The notes under the pieces were generated by a model that had not been told where the DNA came from, searched no databases, and worked only from the letters and a program-made list of their open reading frames with translations. From IMG/VR virus record IMGVR_UViG_3300029305_005254: a stretch of DNA of 64,000 nucleotides. One strand, written 5' to 3'. Every line of letters starts with the position of its first letter. Position 1 is the stretch's first letter. Source of the DNA: an uncultured virus (IMG/VR IMGVR_UViG_3300029305_005254). Its lineage: Duplodnaviria > Heunggongvirae > Uroviricota > Caudoviricetes. The position numbers were made by a program, and so were the translations under genes. This document shows positions 51,349-60,279 of this stretch, piece by piece.

Positions 51349-53018
51349 TAATTAACACCCCCTTGTTCATATATTGAGTTTATCTTAGGCTCTAAATTAT
51401 CTACTAAACCTTTTAACTCATTATATTTTAAGGAAGAAACTTCCGTATTTGGAGAGTAGTTATCTAAATAATTTTGTAAATATTCATACTCACTTAAAAC
51501 TTCATTATAAGTAATACCTTCCAATTTTAAATTGTACCCATAGGTGTCTATACACCTAGCTATGTATAAATTGATCTGTAAGCTTAATAACTCTCCTGAT
51601 TCAACTTTCTTAGCTTCTAACAAATTGTACCAATAATCTCTATACATACCAACATCCTCAGCCTCTGCTATGGAAGATAAGATATCTCTATTAAAAGTAC
51701 CTAATCTGTAATAAACATTGGACAATTCAACCTCATAACCTGATTTACTTGCATCTTCAAACCACTTAATTGAAGTTATAATACCTTCATTATCCGTTGA
51801 ACCTTCATAATAAAACCAATATAATTTTCCCATAGAGTAAGCTAACTCTCCATAATTATTCTTCTTTTTAAAAGAATTTATATTTGGATTTATATAACTA
51901 AGTAATATCTCTTCTTCCTCTTTAGAGAATACTCCATCAGTTTTTAAAGAGTTAATATATTCTATATAAAGAGATATTTCTGATAAAGGTTTAACTTTAA
52001 ATACCTCTTCATAATCAGCACTCTTACCACTCTGTTGAGCTATTGAAATAAGATTTTCATATCTCTCACTTTGTTGATTGTTGTACAAAGTAAGAGGTAT
52101 GAAACTTAAACAAATACTAATTACCCCTAAGATTAAGGGAAGTATAGCCAACCTAATCTTTCTCTTGATACGGTTAATATGCATTACATCAAATAATTTA
52201 TAGTTCTTTAAGGCATACATTAACTCCTCACAAGACTGATAACGCATATTTGGGTCTGGCTGAATACACTTTGTTATAATAGCTTCAACACCTGATGATA
52301 AATCCGGTGCTAAATCTTTTATAGGTCGTAACTTATCCTTCGGTACTTGAGCTGGGTTTATACCCGTTAACATAAAATACATTGTTTTACCAATAGCATA
52401 AATATCACTTCTTAAGTCACAAGGCATACCTCTCTTACTTTGCTCTGGGGCTGCATAACCCTTAGTACCTAAGTTTTCTGTGATAATCTGACCTTCTTCT
52501 CGGATAACAATACTTATTCCAAAATCAATTAACTTAATATTACCATCATTCTGAATCATAATGTTATCTGGTTTCATATCCCTGTAGAATATAGGATTAC
52601 TTCTATTATGTAGGTAAGCCATAACTCCAACCACTTGTAACATCCAATTCATAGCAAGGTCTTGATTTACTTTGCCATTCTTTGTTATGTATGTTTTCAT
52701 AGAGATACCATCTACATAATCCATTATTATAAAAATAGAATCTCCTTCTTCTTCAATAGTTGTAATTCTCGGTATGTTAGGGTGGTTTAAACCCTTCATA
52801 ATATTGGCTTCTTGTAACAGAGAATAATACTCTATCTGATTTCGACCTGCCTCTGACTTTCGTATCTCCTTAAGACACCACTGCTTATTTAGATTACTAT
52901 CTAATACCAAATATACATTAGACATACCCGCTGCATGTATAACCTTAAGGATTTCATACCGACCATTAAGTATTTTGTCACCACAATTAAGTAAGCTCCT
53001 CTTAAGTTTATTAGACAT
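51348..53018 (-). CDS. Hanks-type Ser/Thr protein kinase with TM and extracellular helical domain
   Basis: LKEI, YRDMKPDNI, DFG, GTKGYAAPE, SDIYAIG. Confidence 0.92.
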   Translation of the reverse strand: MSNKLKRSLLNCGDKILNGRYEILKVIHAAGMSNVYLVLDSNLNKQWCLKEIRKSEAGRNQIEYYSLLQEANIMKGLNHPNIPRITTIEEEGDSIFIIMDYVDGISMKTYITKNGKVNQDLAMNWMLQVVGVMAYLHNRSNPIFYRDMKPDNIMIQNDGNIKLIDFGISIVIREEGQIITENLGTKGYAAPEQSKRGMPCDLRSDIYAIGKTMYFMLTGINPAQVPKDKLRPIKDLAPDLSSGVEAIITKCIQPDPNMRYQSCEELMYALKNYKLFDVMHINRIKRKIRLAILPLILGVISICLSFIPLTLYNNQQSERYENLISIAQQSGKSADYEEVFKVKPLSEISLYIEYINSLKTDGVFSKEEEEILLSYINPNINSFKKKNNYGELAYSMGKLYWFYYEGSTDNEGIITSIKWFEDASKSGYEVELSNVYYRLGTFNRDILSSIAEAEDVGMYRDYWYNLLEAKKVESGELLSLQINLYIARCIDTYGYNLKLEGITYNEVLSEYEYLQNYLDNYSPNTEVSSLKYNELKGLVDNLEPKINSIYEQGGVN

Positions 53019-53028
53019 TCTTACCCTC

Positions 53029-53709
53029 CTATACAGACAATATACTAACTGTTATATTATCTGATTCTCCTCTACTTATACAAGTATTTACAGCTTCTCT
53101 TAAATTACTTAAATTAAGCTGATACCCTGATTCTTCAAATTGATGCCAAAAACCATCTGAACTTAATAAAAAGAAATCCCCATTATTGTAAGTACCTTTA
53201 TATGTATCTATAAATGCATCTTTCTTTACACCTATACATCTTGTTAACTTACTTTTATACTTATTGTATAAATCTGGATTATCTTGTTTAGAGATATTGT
53301 ATTCTTTTACTACAGAATGGTCTTTTGTAACTTGATTGTAATAACCATTTGATATATGATAGCATCTAGAATCACCTATATGATATACAGTATATTCATT
53401 GTTACTGCAATATAAAATAGTGCAAGTAGTCCCCATCATAGCATCTAAACTGCTTAAATTTCTTATATTATCGTTAACAGTTTTTAAAACCTCTACCAAA
53501 TTAGAGTGGTCTAAGCCATTAATTATATTCTCTTTAACTGCTTCTACAACCAACTTACTAGCAAGACCACCATTATTGAGACCACCCATACCATCGCACA
53601 TACAAATAACTCCGGTTTCTACACCATCAATATTAAGTATGGCACTCCAAAAATTGTCTTGATTTTCTGTTCTTGTACTTCCTATATCTGTTAATGAATA
53701 TATCTCCAT
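53029..53709 (-). CDS. PP2C-family Ser/Thr phosphatase
   Basis: RTENQD, CDGMGG, GTT, HIGDSR, SSDGF, DNIT. Confidence 0.92.
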   Translation of the reverse strand: MEIYSLTDIGSTRTENQDNFWSAILNIDGVETGVICMCDGMGGLNNGGLASKLVVEAVKENIINGLDHSNLVEVLKTVNDNIRNLSSLDAMMGTTCTILYCSNNEYTVYHIGDSRCYHISNGYYNQVTKDHSVVKEYNISKQDNPDLYNKYKSKLTRCIGVKKDAFIDTYKGTYNNGDFFLLSSDGFWHQFEESGYQLNLSNLREAVNTCISRGESDNITVSILSV

Positions 53710-53715
53710 ATAAAG

Positions 53716-54399
53716 TTACCTCACAACAAACCTTTCATCTGCAAACTTAACTTCGTCACCAATATTTAACCTAACATCTACTTGAGGTGCTGCCTGTTTT
53801 CCATTAACATAAGTACCATTAGTAGAATTATTGTCTCTTACATACATAAAATCATTATACACATATACAAGGGCATGACATCTAGATATATTATGGTTAC
53901 CCTCTATAACATAATTAGCATCTTTTGCAGACCTACCTATTGTTACACCCATATTAGTAATTTGTACTGGTGTATTAGCTTTAATGTGGTATAATTGATG
54001 TAATTTAGTTAAACCTTCTATCTGCTCTGTTGTTAATACATCTGTACTATCCGAATAAATGTCCTGACTACTAACACTAGGAATATACTCTCCTCTAGAT
54101 AACTCTTGAGGGAATAAAAATCTAACATTAGTGCAGTCTATTACAACAGTCTTATCTACATAATATTGATTTAAAAAGTAGTAAAAATCAAATCCATAAT
54201 CATACTGACCTATTAAACACAAAAATTTACCTTCTGAATTCTTTAATATATTCGCTATGCTAGAACTATTGTAATTCTTCAATGTAGCTTCAAATACTTC
54301 TAATATAGTAGCTACATCTTCTTTAGATAAACTTTGAATAGGTTCATTAAAAGTACTGTATTCTTGATTTTGTAAATCAGTCTCTAATATAAAATACAT
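53716..54399 (-). CDS. FHA-domain protein
   Basis: IGRS, ISRCHA, DNNSTNGTYVNG. Confidence 0.88.
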   Translation of the reverse strand: MYFILETDLQNQEYSTFNEPIQSLSKEDVATILEVFEATLKNYNSSSIANILKNSEGKFLCLIGQYDYGFDFYYFLNQYYVDKTVVIDCTNVRFLFPQELSRGEYIPSVSSQDIYSDSTDVLTTEQIEGLTKLHQLYHIKANTPVQITNMGVTIGRSAKDANYVIEGNHNISRCHALVYVYNDFMYVRDNNSTNGTYVNGKQAAPQVDVRLNIGDEVKFADERFVVR

Positions 54400-54494
54400 A
54401 ATAACCTCCTATAACATATTACATGTATATAATATAAATTTTATATAAACACATACCTTATTTGAAAGTTGTATAAACCTTGAATCTTATATTA

Positions 54495-54531
54495 ATTTAA
54501 GGTACACTTAACCCTTCAGTGTACCTTAAAT
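54495..54531 (-). terminator. Hairpin / probable terminator after the methyltransferase
   Basis: 14-bp perfect inverted repeat ATTTAAGGTACACT/AGTGTACCTTAAAT; weak U tract. Confidence 0.6.
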
Positions 54532-54536
54532 ACTAA

Positions 54537-55748
54537 CTATACTGGCTTCTTAAATATAAGAATATTCTCTTTCTTAAGCTCTCCTGCTGCCTGCTCCTTA
54601 GAACCTGCTCTTGCAGTTACCCCTAAGTACACAGTGTCATATAATGGCATTCCCTCTTCAGTAGATATTCTTATCCATTCATCTACATAAGCACACTCTC
54701 CGCCATCGCCTACCTTAAAATCAGCTATGTTTACTGCATAGTATCTGCCTGGCTTCAACATATAGAAAATATTCTTTATTGTTGCTCGTACATAACCTTC
54801 CAACCAATCCTCCAAAACTGGGAATTTATTGAAACATTGTGTTTCTTCATCTGAGTATATCTCAAGGTCAAAATAAGGAGGGCTGGAGAACGCAAAATCT
54901 ATGCTGTTCGCTGGTCCTCTAAAATCTTCACTACCACAACAATGCAACTCATAACTGTCTTCTCTGCCTGTAGCCTGTTCTATGTAATCACCTAACTCAT
55001 GTAAATGATACATTGTCTCAGTATTTGGGTCTGTACCTACATACTTGAAATTCTTCTTACTACTCAAGCAACCAAGAAGTCTTCCACCAAAGCCACAACA
55101 ATAATCATAAATAACTCCACCCTCTGGACAGAAACGCTCATACACTGCCTTAGCATTCATAGGTCTAAAGTTACTAGGTGCACTACCAACTAATCTTAAT
55201 CCACCCTCTACAGATGTAGGAACTGGACAACCATTCTTGTATGAGAAACAGAACTTTATAGCTCGTCTCAAGTAATCATCGTTATGAAACTTAGCATACA
55301 TTGTCTCAGCTCCGACCTTGTTTACATCGTGCTTAGATGGGGTATCAAATAAATTGGGAAATAAATATCTACATAAACCTGTACCAACTCCTGCACCACA
55401 ACTTATAGTGTCCCCATTAAACTTAGCTGTGTAATTAATACATTTCTCAACCTCATTAATGATACCCATTTGAGAAAAGTATTGAATAGGGAATAAATCA
55501 ACACTTCTATAGATTGCTAATACTTCATCAACCATAGCATCTTGTGCTTCTTTATCACCCTCAAGAGCCATATACTTGTCTGCTGTATACTCTTTAAGCT
55601 TATCTATAACCTCCTCGTACCCATTTGATTGGAAGTCAAACTCAAAAGGTTCAAACTTCCACTGGTGATACTCACCGTTATCTGCCTTTTTCTGTATCTC
55701 TTCAAAAGGCACTTCGTTCTCCATAGGTTCTGAAAACCAATTACTCAT
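54537..55748 (-). CDS. Orphan amino (N4-C/N6-A) DNA methyltransferase-like protein
   Basis: YDYCCGFGGR SAM-binding motif I followed by the FSSPPY catalytic motif IV. Confidence 0.8.
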   Translation of the reverse strand: MSNWFSEPMENEVPFEEIQKKADNGEYHQWKFEPFEFDFQSNGYEEVIDKLKEYTADKYMALEGDKEAQDAMVDEVLAIYRSVDLFPIQYFSQMGIINEVEKCINYTAKFNGDTISCGAGVGTGLCRYLFPNLFDTPSKHDVNKVGAETMYAKFHNDDYLRRAIKFCFSYKNGCPVPTSVEGGLRLVGSAPSNFRPMNAKAVYERFCPEGGVIYDYCCGFGGRLLGCLSSKKNFKYVGTDPNTETMYHLHELGDYIEQATGREDSYELHCCGSEDFRGPANSIDFAFSSPPYFDLEIYSDEETQCFNKFPVLEDWLEGYVRATIKNIFYMLKPGRYYAVNIADFKVGDGGECAYVDEWIRISTEEGMPLYDTVYLGVTARAGSKEQAAGELKKENILIFKKPV

Positions 55749-55782
55749 TCTAAATCCTCCTTATAGCTCAATTACTAACTAT

Positions 55783-55811
55783 ATTATAACATTTATTAAA
55801 TAAAAAGGCAA
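55783..55811 (-). promoter_or_regulatory. SigA-type promoter of the methyltransferase, overlapping the upstream terminator
   Basis: TTGCCT-17-(TGT)TATAAT. Confidence 0.7.
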
Positions 55812-55874
55812 CTGCATCAAAATACAGTTGCCTTCTCTTAAACTATTTAAACAAGGATAAAGATAGTTTACCAT
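55801..55874 (-). ncRNA. Putative ~74-nt small RNA (seed hairpin plus terminator)
   Basis: Dedicated promoter; 8-bp stem with a 16-nt pyrimidine-rich loop; strong terminator; no RBS-led ORF. Confidence 0.6.
55802..55834 (-). terminator. Rho-independent terminator
   Basis: AAGGCAACTGTAT-TTTG-ATGCAGTTGCCTT followed by TTT. Confidence 0.8.
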
Positions 55875-55880
55875 GTATAT

Positions 55881-55909
55881 AATATACCACATATTACATA
55901 AAAAAGCAA
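55881..55909 (-). promoter_or_regulatory. SigA-type promoter of the putative sRNA
   Basis: TTGCTT-17-(TGG)TATATT. Confidence 0.65.
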
Positions 55910-55979
55910 TAACCAATCTTAATAAAATGCAACCTATTTTAATTACATACAACACTTAAAACAAACACTGACCGTATCC

Positions 55980-57515
55980 TTATTTAGGTTCTGCCTCTGA
56001 ATTAGTATCATAAAAAGTATCTACAACATTACCTGAAAGTACTCTAAACCAAACTGGTTCTACTTTTCTAGAGAAGTCCTGTCCCCATATCACATACTTT
56101 CTATCTAATTCTGTAGAGCTGTTCCAAGATTCTATATAACCTATCTCTCCAGGTGCTAAAGTAACAGTATCTACTAATCCATACATAGTACCTGTTCTTG
56201 AAGATAAATTAACATTTTTATCGCATAGAGCTGTATTATCTTTTACTGTAATAGTTTCTTTTGATAAATTCTCTACCTCTATTACATAATAACAATACTG
56301 TACATTAGATGAAACATCTATGCCTCTATTTCTTTCATCTTTACCTTCAAACCAAGCTATAGCATCTTCTGATACCCCGAACTCTCTTAAAGTAACCCTT
56401 ATTGGTAATTTTTCTTCTATTATATTACCATTATCATCTTTATACTCTACTAACTCTACAGTGATTACACCTGTATCTAATCCTGCTGGACTACTAAAAG
56501 AGCCATCTCCAATATTAGCTGAAATACCTGTTTGAATTATATTACCATTAGCATCTACTACAGTATACTCATTCTGTAAATAATAAGCACCACACCAAGT
56601 AAGACTTATAGTATCTTTAGAACTGTATTTAACAGGTTCTGTGACATCTTTCTTTACTTCCTCAGACATATTGCTCCACTCTTGCCATTCAAAAGTAGGT
56701 ATTAGTTCTACACCTGATAACTTAGCTGCAGATTCAGAAAACCTTACTAATAAATCATTAAAATCCTTACTGGAAAACAATTCTTTATCTATAAAGATAT
56801 CCTCATTTAAACCTACTGAGTAAGAACCATCTGCTAACTTTAATAAATCTGGAGTGTGTTCTACTGTTTTTACTGGAAGTTCTTCTATACTTAACATATA
56901 TTCACAAAATATGTTTACTAACTTATTCTCATAGTCTACACAACCAAAACTAACATCGTGGTTTACTAATATAGTTTTTAATAACTCTTCGTTTATTTCT
57001 ATGCTAGAATAATCTACATAACTTAAATATACTGATTCACCCTGTTCTATGTTTGATAATACCATCTCTGTACTATCTGTTTCAGGATTTATATAGTCGT
57101 TCCCATATATATTCTTTTGTACTACCTCTTGAGGTTTATATGAAACAGTTGAAAGCATTCTCTTTAAGAAATTAACCTTTAATTCACTGCCGTTAGCATA
57201 CTCAACTTCCATTGCAATATAACTACCATCTTGCAGGGAACTTATGGATTTTATATTATCTTCCCATACAGTTAAACAATATAAACCTGTTTTTTCTTCT
57301 GCAACCTTCATTTTATCTGGGTACTTTATCCACTTATTGTAGAGATTTACCCCTACTATACATAATATCATGGAGATAAATAAACCGATTACTGATGCTA
57401 CAACAACTCTCCCTGTAGATAAAGGACTATGTTTTCTTCTGTTTAATATTTTTTTATTGGTGGACACCCTTACTCCCCCTTTTTCTAAAAGTTCCTTTTT
57501 ACTCAATAATAACAC
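55980..57515 (-). CDS. Membrane-anchored exported hypothetical protein
   Basis: Single N-terminal TM; the start may be a downstream GTG (VSTNKK). Confidence 0.7.
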   Translation of the reverse strand: MLLLSKKELLEKGGVRVSTNKKILNRRKHSPLSTGRVVVASVIGLFISMILCIVGVNLYNKWIKYPDKMKVAEEKTGLYCLTVWEDNIKSISSLQDGSYIAMEVEYANGSELKVNFLKRMLSTVSYKPQEVVQKNIYGNDYINPETDSTEMVLSNIEQGESVYLSYVDYSSIEINEELLKTILVNHDVSFGCVDYENKLVNIFCEYMLSIEELPVKTVEHTPDLLKLADGSYSVGLNEDIFIDKELFSSKDFNDLLVRFSESAAKLSGVELIPTFEWQEWSNMSEEVKKDVTEPVKYSSKDTISLTWCGAYYLQNEYTVVDANGNIIQTGISANIGDGSFSSPAGLDTGVITVELVEYKDDNGNIIEEKLPIRVTLREFGVSEDAIAWFEGKDERNRGIDVSSNVQYCYYVIEVENLSKETITVKDNTALCDKNVNLSSRTGTMYGLVDTVTLAPGEIGYIESWNSSTELDRKYVIWGQDFSRKVEPVWFRVLSGNVVDTFYDTNSEAEPK

Positions 57516-57520
57516 CTACC

Positions 57521-58234
57521 TTAAAATGCATATTCATTACCCAATAATAAGTTTGCTAATAAATCTGCTGCATTTATATTTTCTTCTTCGCTCTCGCTAA
57601 AATCTTCTTCTACTACAACTGGAGTAGAGTCCTTAACAATGTTATCACCTTCAGTTGTAGCAACCTCTTCAAGAGGATTAAAATATTTATTCTCAGATTC
57701 AACCAAAGTAACAACTTTTACCTCTTCTTTCACTTCTTCAACCTTAGGTACTACTCTCTCTTCTACCTGTTGAACAACCTGATTAGAAACTGGTGGTAGT
57801 ATATTGGACTTACCTGACAGCATATCTTGTAGCATACTCATTATTTGCAAGTTCTGACTTCTTAAGTCGCTTATCTCATCCTTAAACTCCTTAATATACT
57901 CAGAATCTCGCATATAATCTTCTTCTGCTTTTTTAGCTTTTTCATTAAAATGATTATACGCATTTTCATTACTAGACTTAAGCTCACTGGTATAAACACC
58001 CATACTGAACAAAGAATCTTGCATAGAATTAAGAGCATCATCAAGCACATCTACAGATGCCTTGTGCATCTTACCTAAAGTACCTTCTGCGTATGAACGA
58101 ATATAATCGTCTTCTATGTACCCTTGTAATAATGTTGCTATTAACTTTGAAAAAGTTTTAGCCTTCTTATGAGGCTTTACAACCAACTCATTGACGCTCT
58201 CCTCAACGTCAACTAATATACTTGTACTTACCAT
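57521..58234 (-). CDS. Putative ribbon-helix-helix/coiled-coil protein (ParR-like adaptor candidate)
   Basis: N-terminal strand-helix-helix pattern, coiled coil and acidic tail; downstream of parM. Confidence 0.45.
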   Translation of the reverse strand: MVSTSILVDVEESVNELVVKPHKKAKTFSKLIATLLQGYIEDDYIRSYAEGTLGKMHKASVDVLDDALNSMQDSLFSMGVYTSELKSSNENAYNHFNEKAKKAEEDYMRDSEYIKEFKDEISDLRSQNLQIMSMLQDMLSGKSNILPPVSNQVVQQVEERVVPKVEEVKEEVKVVTLVESENKYFNPLEEVATTEGDNIVKDSTPVVVEEDFSESEEENINAADLLANLLLGNEYAF

Positions 58235-58249
58235 CCTTATCCTCCTTGT

Positions 58250-60214
58250 TTATAAAACGCTTATTTTGTGACAACTACAAGTTTTACTTGCTATATCGAA
58301 CAACTTTTGCATCTTATTGTTAAATTCAAAGTAATATATTGCACTGGAACTAGCATTGGAAAGACCTTTAATATTAGTTATTACAGACCTTGAACCTATT
58401 GCATTACCGTGTACATATATAGATGATTCACCTAAATCAGCAAATGACTCGTGAAGAATTCTACCTACCATATTAGATATATCACCACATATTACTACTA
58501 CTTTATAACCACTTTCTTCCAATTCATTCAATCTAGTAAACCAATCAATTGTAAGAAAATAACTATCATTTATATACCCTATTCCTGGTGAAAGTACAGA
58601 TACATTCTTTGCACAAGTATTTGAGAGATATCTCTGAACCCCTCCACCTTTTCTAAACCAATCCATTCCTGGGGTAACTTTTTCTATCTCAAATACATAG
58701 TCTATAGATGTCTCTGATACAACATCTACTACTAAATAGTTAGTGTCTTTATTACTTTTCAACTCAGCTAACACACTTTTATATAAACCTTTTCTACTCT
58801 CGGTACTACCTGCAAAAACAAATCTGATATTGTTATAGCTTCCTGTACTATTTTGTATTAACTTTATAGCCAAATTACCCTGAGGTAAAGCAAGACTTGA
58901 TATTTTACTGAAAGTTCCTTCCTGTAAAGCAAGATACTGCATTCTTATAGAATTTAAATCCGACATAAGAGCCTCTATATCTGTATCCCTACTTGTAGAC
59001 TTTTCAAGAACATTGAGTTTAGATTGCATTTCTATTTTCTCTTCATTCAATTCTAATATAGTTCTATCAGATTTCTCAAGCTCCTCGTTTAACTGAGCTA
59101 TATTACATTTTAAAGTGCTAATATCCTGTTCTAAACAATGTATAGTATTTTTATAACCATCAATACTAGACAACTCAGATTTTAAGGTAATTAACTCTGT
59201 TTCTAGTCTTATCTTCTCTTCTCCGGACTTAACTAACTCTGCCTTTAAATTATTTACCAAATCTGAATTTTGATTGTTGTTCTCTGAAAAAGTAGATAAC
59301 TGATTTTCTAAAGACTTTACTTCAGACTCTTTATTCAATAACTCAGCAGTCTTTACCTCTAAATCCCTTGTTAAATTAACAATTTGTTCTTTTAGACCTA
59401 AAAATCGACTTGCATCACAATTGAGATTTTCAATCTTACTAGAGAGTTCTAATATCTCATTTTTTAATGTAGATATTTCTCTCTCCTTACTTTTTAACAA
59501 ACCTGATTGCGTAGAATATTTGACCTGAAAATCTTTAAGCTCAGCACTAATCGAACTATAATCAACTAAAAGAGATTCTTTAGACTTTTCTAAATTCTGC
59601 AAAGAAATTTTCAATGAATCTCTTTCATTTTCTAAGATTTCCAATTTTTGATAGTGCTCTGAATTAATATCTGAAGTGTTACTTTTAAGTCTTAGAACTT
59701 CAGCCTTTAACTCTTCAACAACAGTATCATCTATATTACTACAAGAAACTGTCTCACATTCAAGATAAGACTCATACTCTTTTACTTGACAAGTGAGATT
59801 TTCTATAATATCTTCTTTATCTAAAAGGCGTCTTTCTAGCCTATCTATTTTCTCTATATATTCTGAGACATCTTCTGCCTCAACATTCAAATCATCTTCC
59901 TTATACTCTAAAGATAGATTATACTTATAATTAAGAAATTCTACTAATGAAACCTCATTAGAGAATAAATGAAATTTATTACTATCCTCTAATCTACCCT
60001 GCATATCTTTACATACGTCTAAAGATACAGAGTCTAATACAACTAAAACTGTTTCAACTGCACCATTACCTTTTGTGGATAAGTGTACTCTCTGTCTTAA
60101 GTTATCTTTATTTAATTCAACTAATTCAACTACTCCATCTCCAAATGCTATATTTAATGCACTTGTTAATATCTGTTTTGCTTCTAATGAAACTCCCGAA
60201 ATTAAAGCATTCAC
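58250..60214 (-). CDS. Long coiled-coil protein with a degenerate MinD/ParA-like C-terminal domain
   Basis: About 300-aa heptad region; FVFAG..., YLVVDV, YKVVVICGD; start moved to the GTG at 60214 (AGGGG RBS). Confidence 0.65.
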   Translation of the reverse strand: MNALISGVSLEAKQILTSALNIAFGDGVVELVELNKDNLRQRVHLSTKGNGAVETVLVVLDSVSLDVCKDMQGRLEDSNKFHLFSNEVSLVEFLNYKYNLSLEYKEDDLNVEAEDVSEYIEKIDRLERRLLDKEDIIENLTCQVKEYESYLECETVSCSNIDDTVVEELKAEVLRLKSNTSDINSEHYQKLEILENERDSLKISLQNLEKSKESLLVDYSSISAELKDFQVKYSTQSGLLKSKEREISTLKNEILELSSKIENLNCDASRFLGLKEQIVNLTRDLEVKTAELLNKESEVKSLENQLSTFSENNNQNSDLVNNLKAELVKSGEEKIRLETELITLKSELSSIDGYKNTIHCLEQDISTLKCNIAQLNEELEKSDRTILELNEEKIEMQSKLNVLEKSTSRDTDIEALMSDLNSIRMQYLALQEGTFSKISSLALPQGNLAIKLIQNSTGSYNNIRFVFAGSTESRKGLYKSVLAELKSNKDTNYLVVDVVSETSIDYVFEIEKVTPGMDWFRKGGGVQRYLSNTCAKNVSVLSPGIGYINDSYFLTIDWFTRLNELEESGYKVVVICGDISNMVGRILHESFADLGESSIYVHGNAIGSRSVITNIKGLSNASSSAIYYFEFNNKMQKLFDIASKTCSCHKISVL

Positions 60215-60241
60215 AAGGACATATCCCCTTTCTATACACCA

Positions 60242-60265
60242 AAGAGAAGGCTTTCGCCCTCTCTT
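60242..60265 (-). terminator. GAAA-tetraloop hairpin after parM (leaky terminator or 3' stabiliser)
   Basis: AAGAGAGGGC-GAAA-GCCTTCTCTT. Confidence 0.6.
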
Positions 60266-60279
60266 CAATGCATCTTATA

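Noticed and set aside
55801..55874. Riboswitch or attenuator leader for the methyltransferase
   Set aside because: No recognisable aptamer or antiterminator, and the MTase has its own consensus promoter downstream
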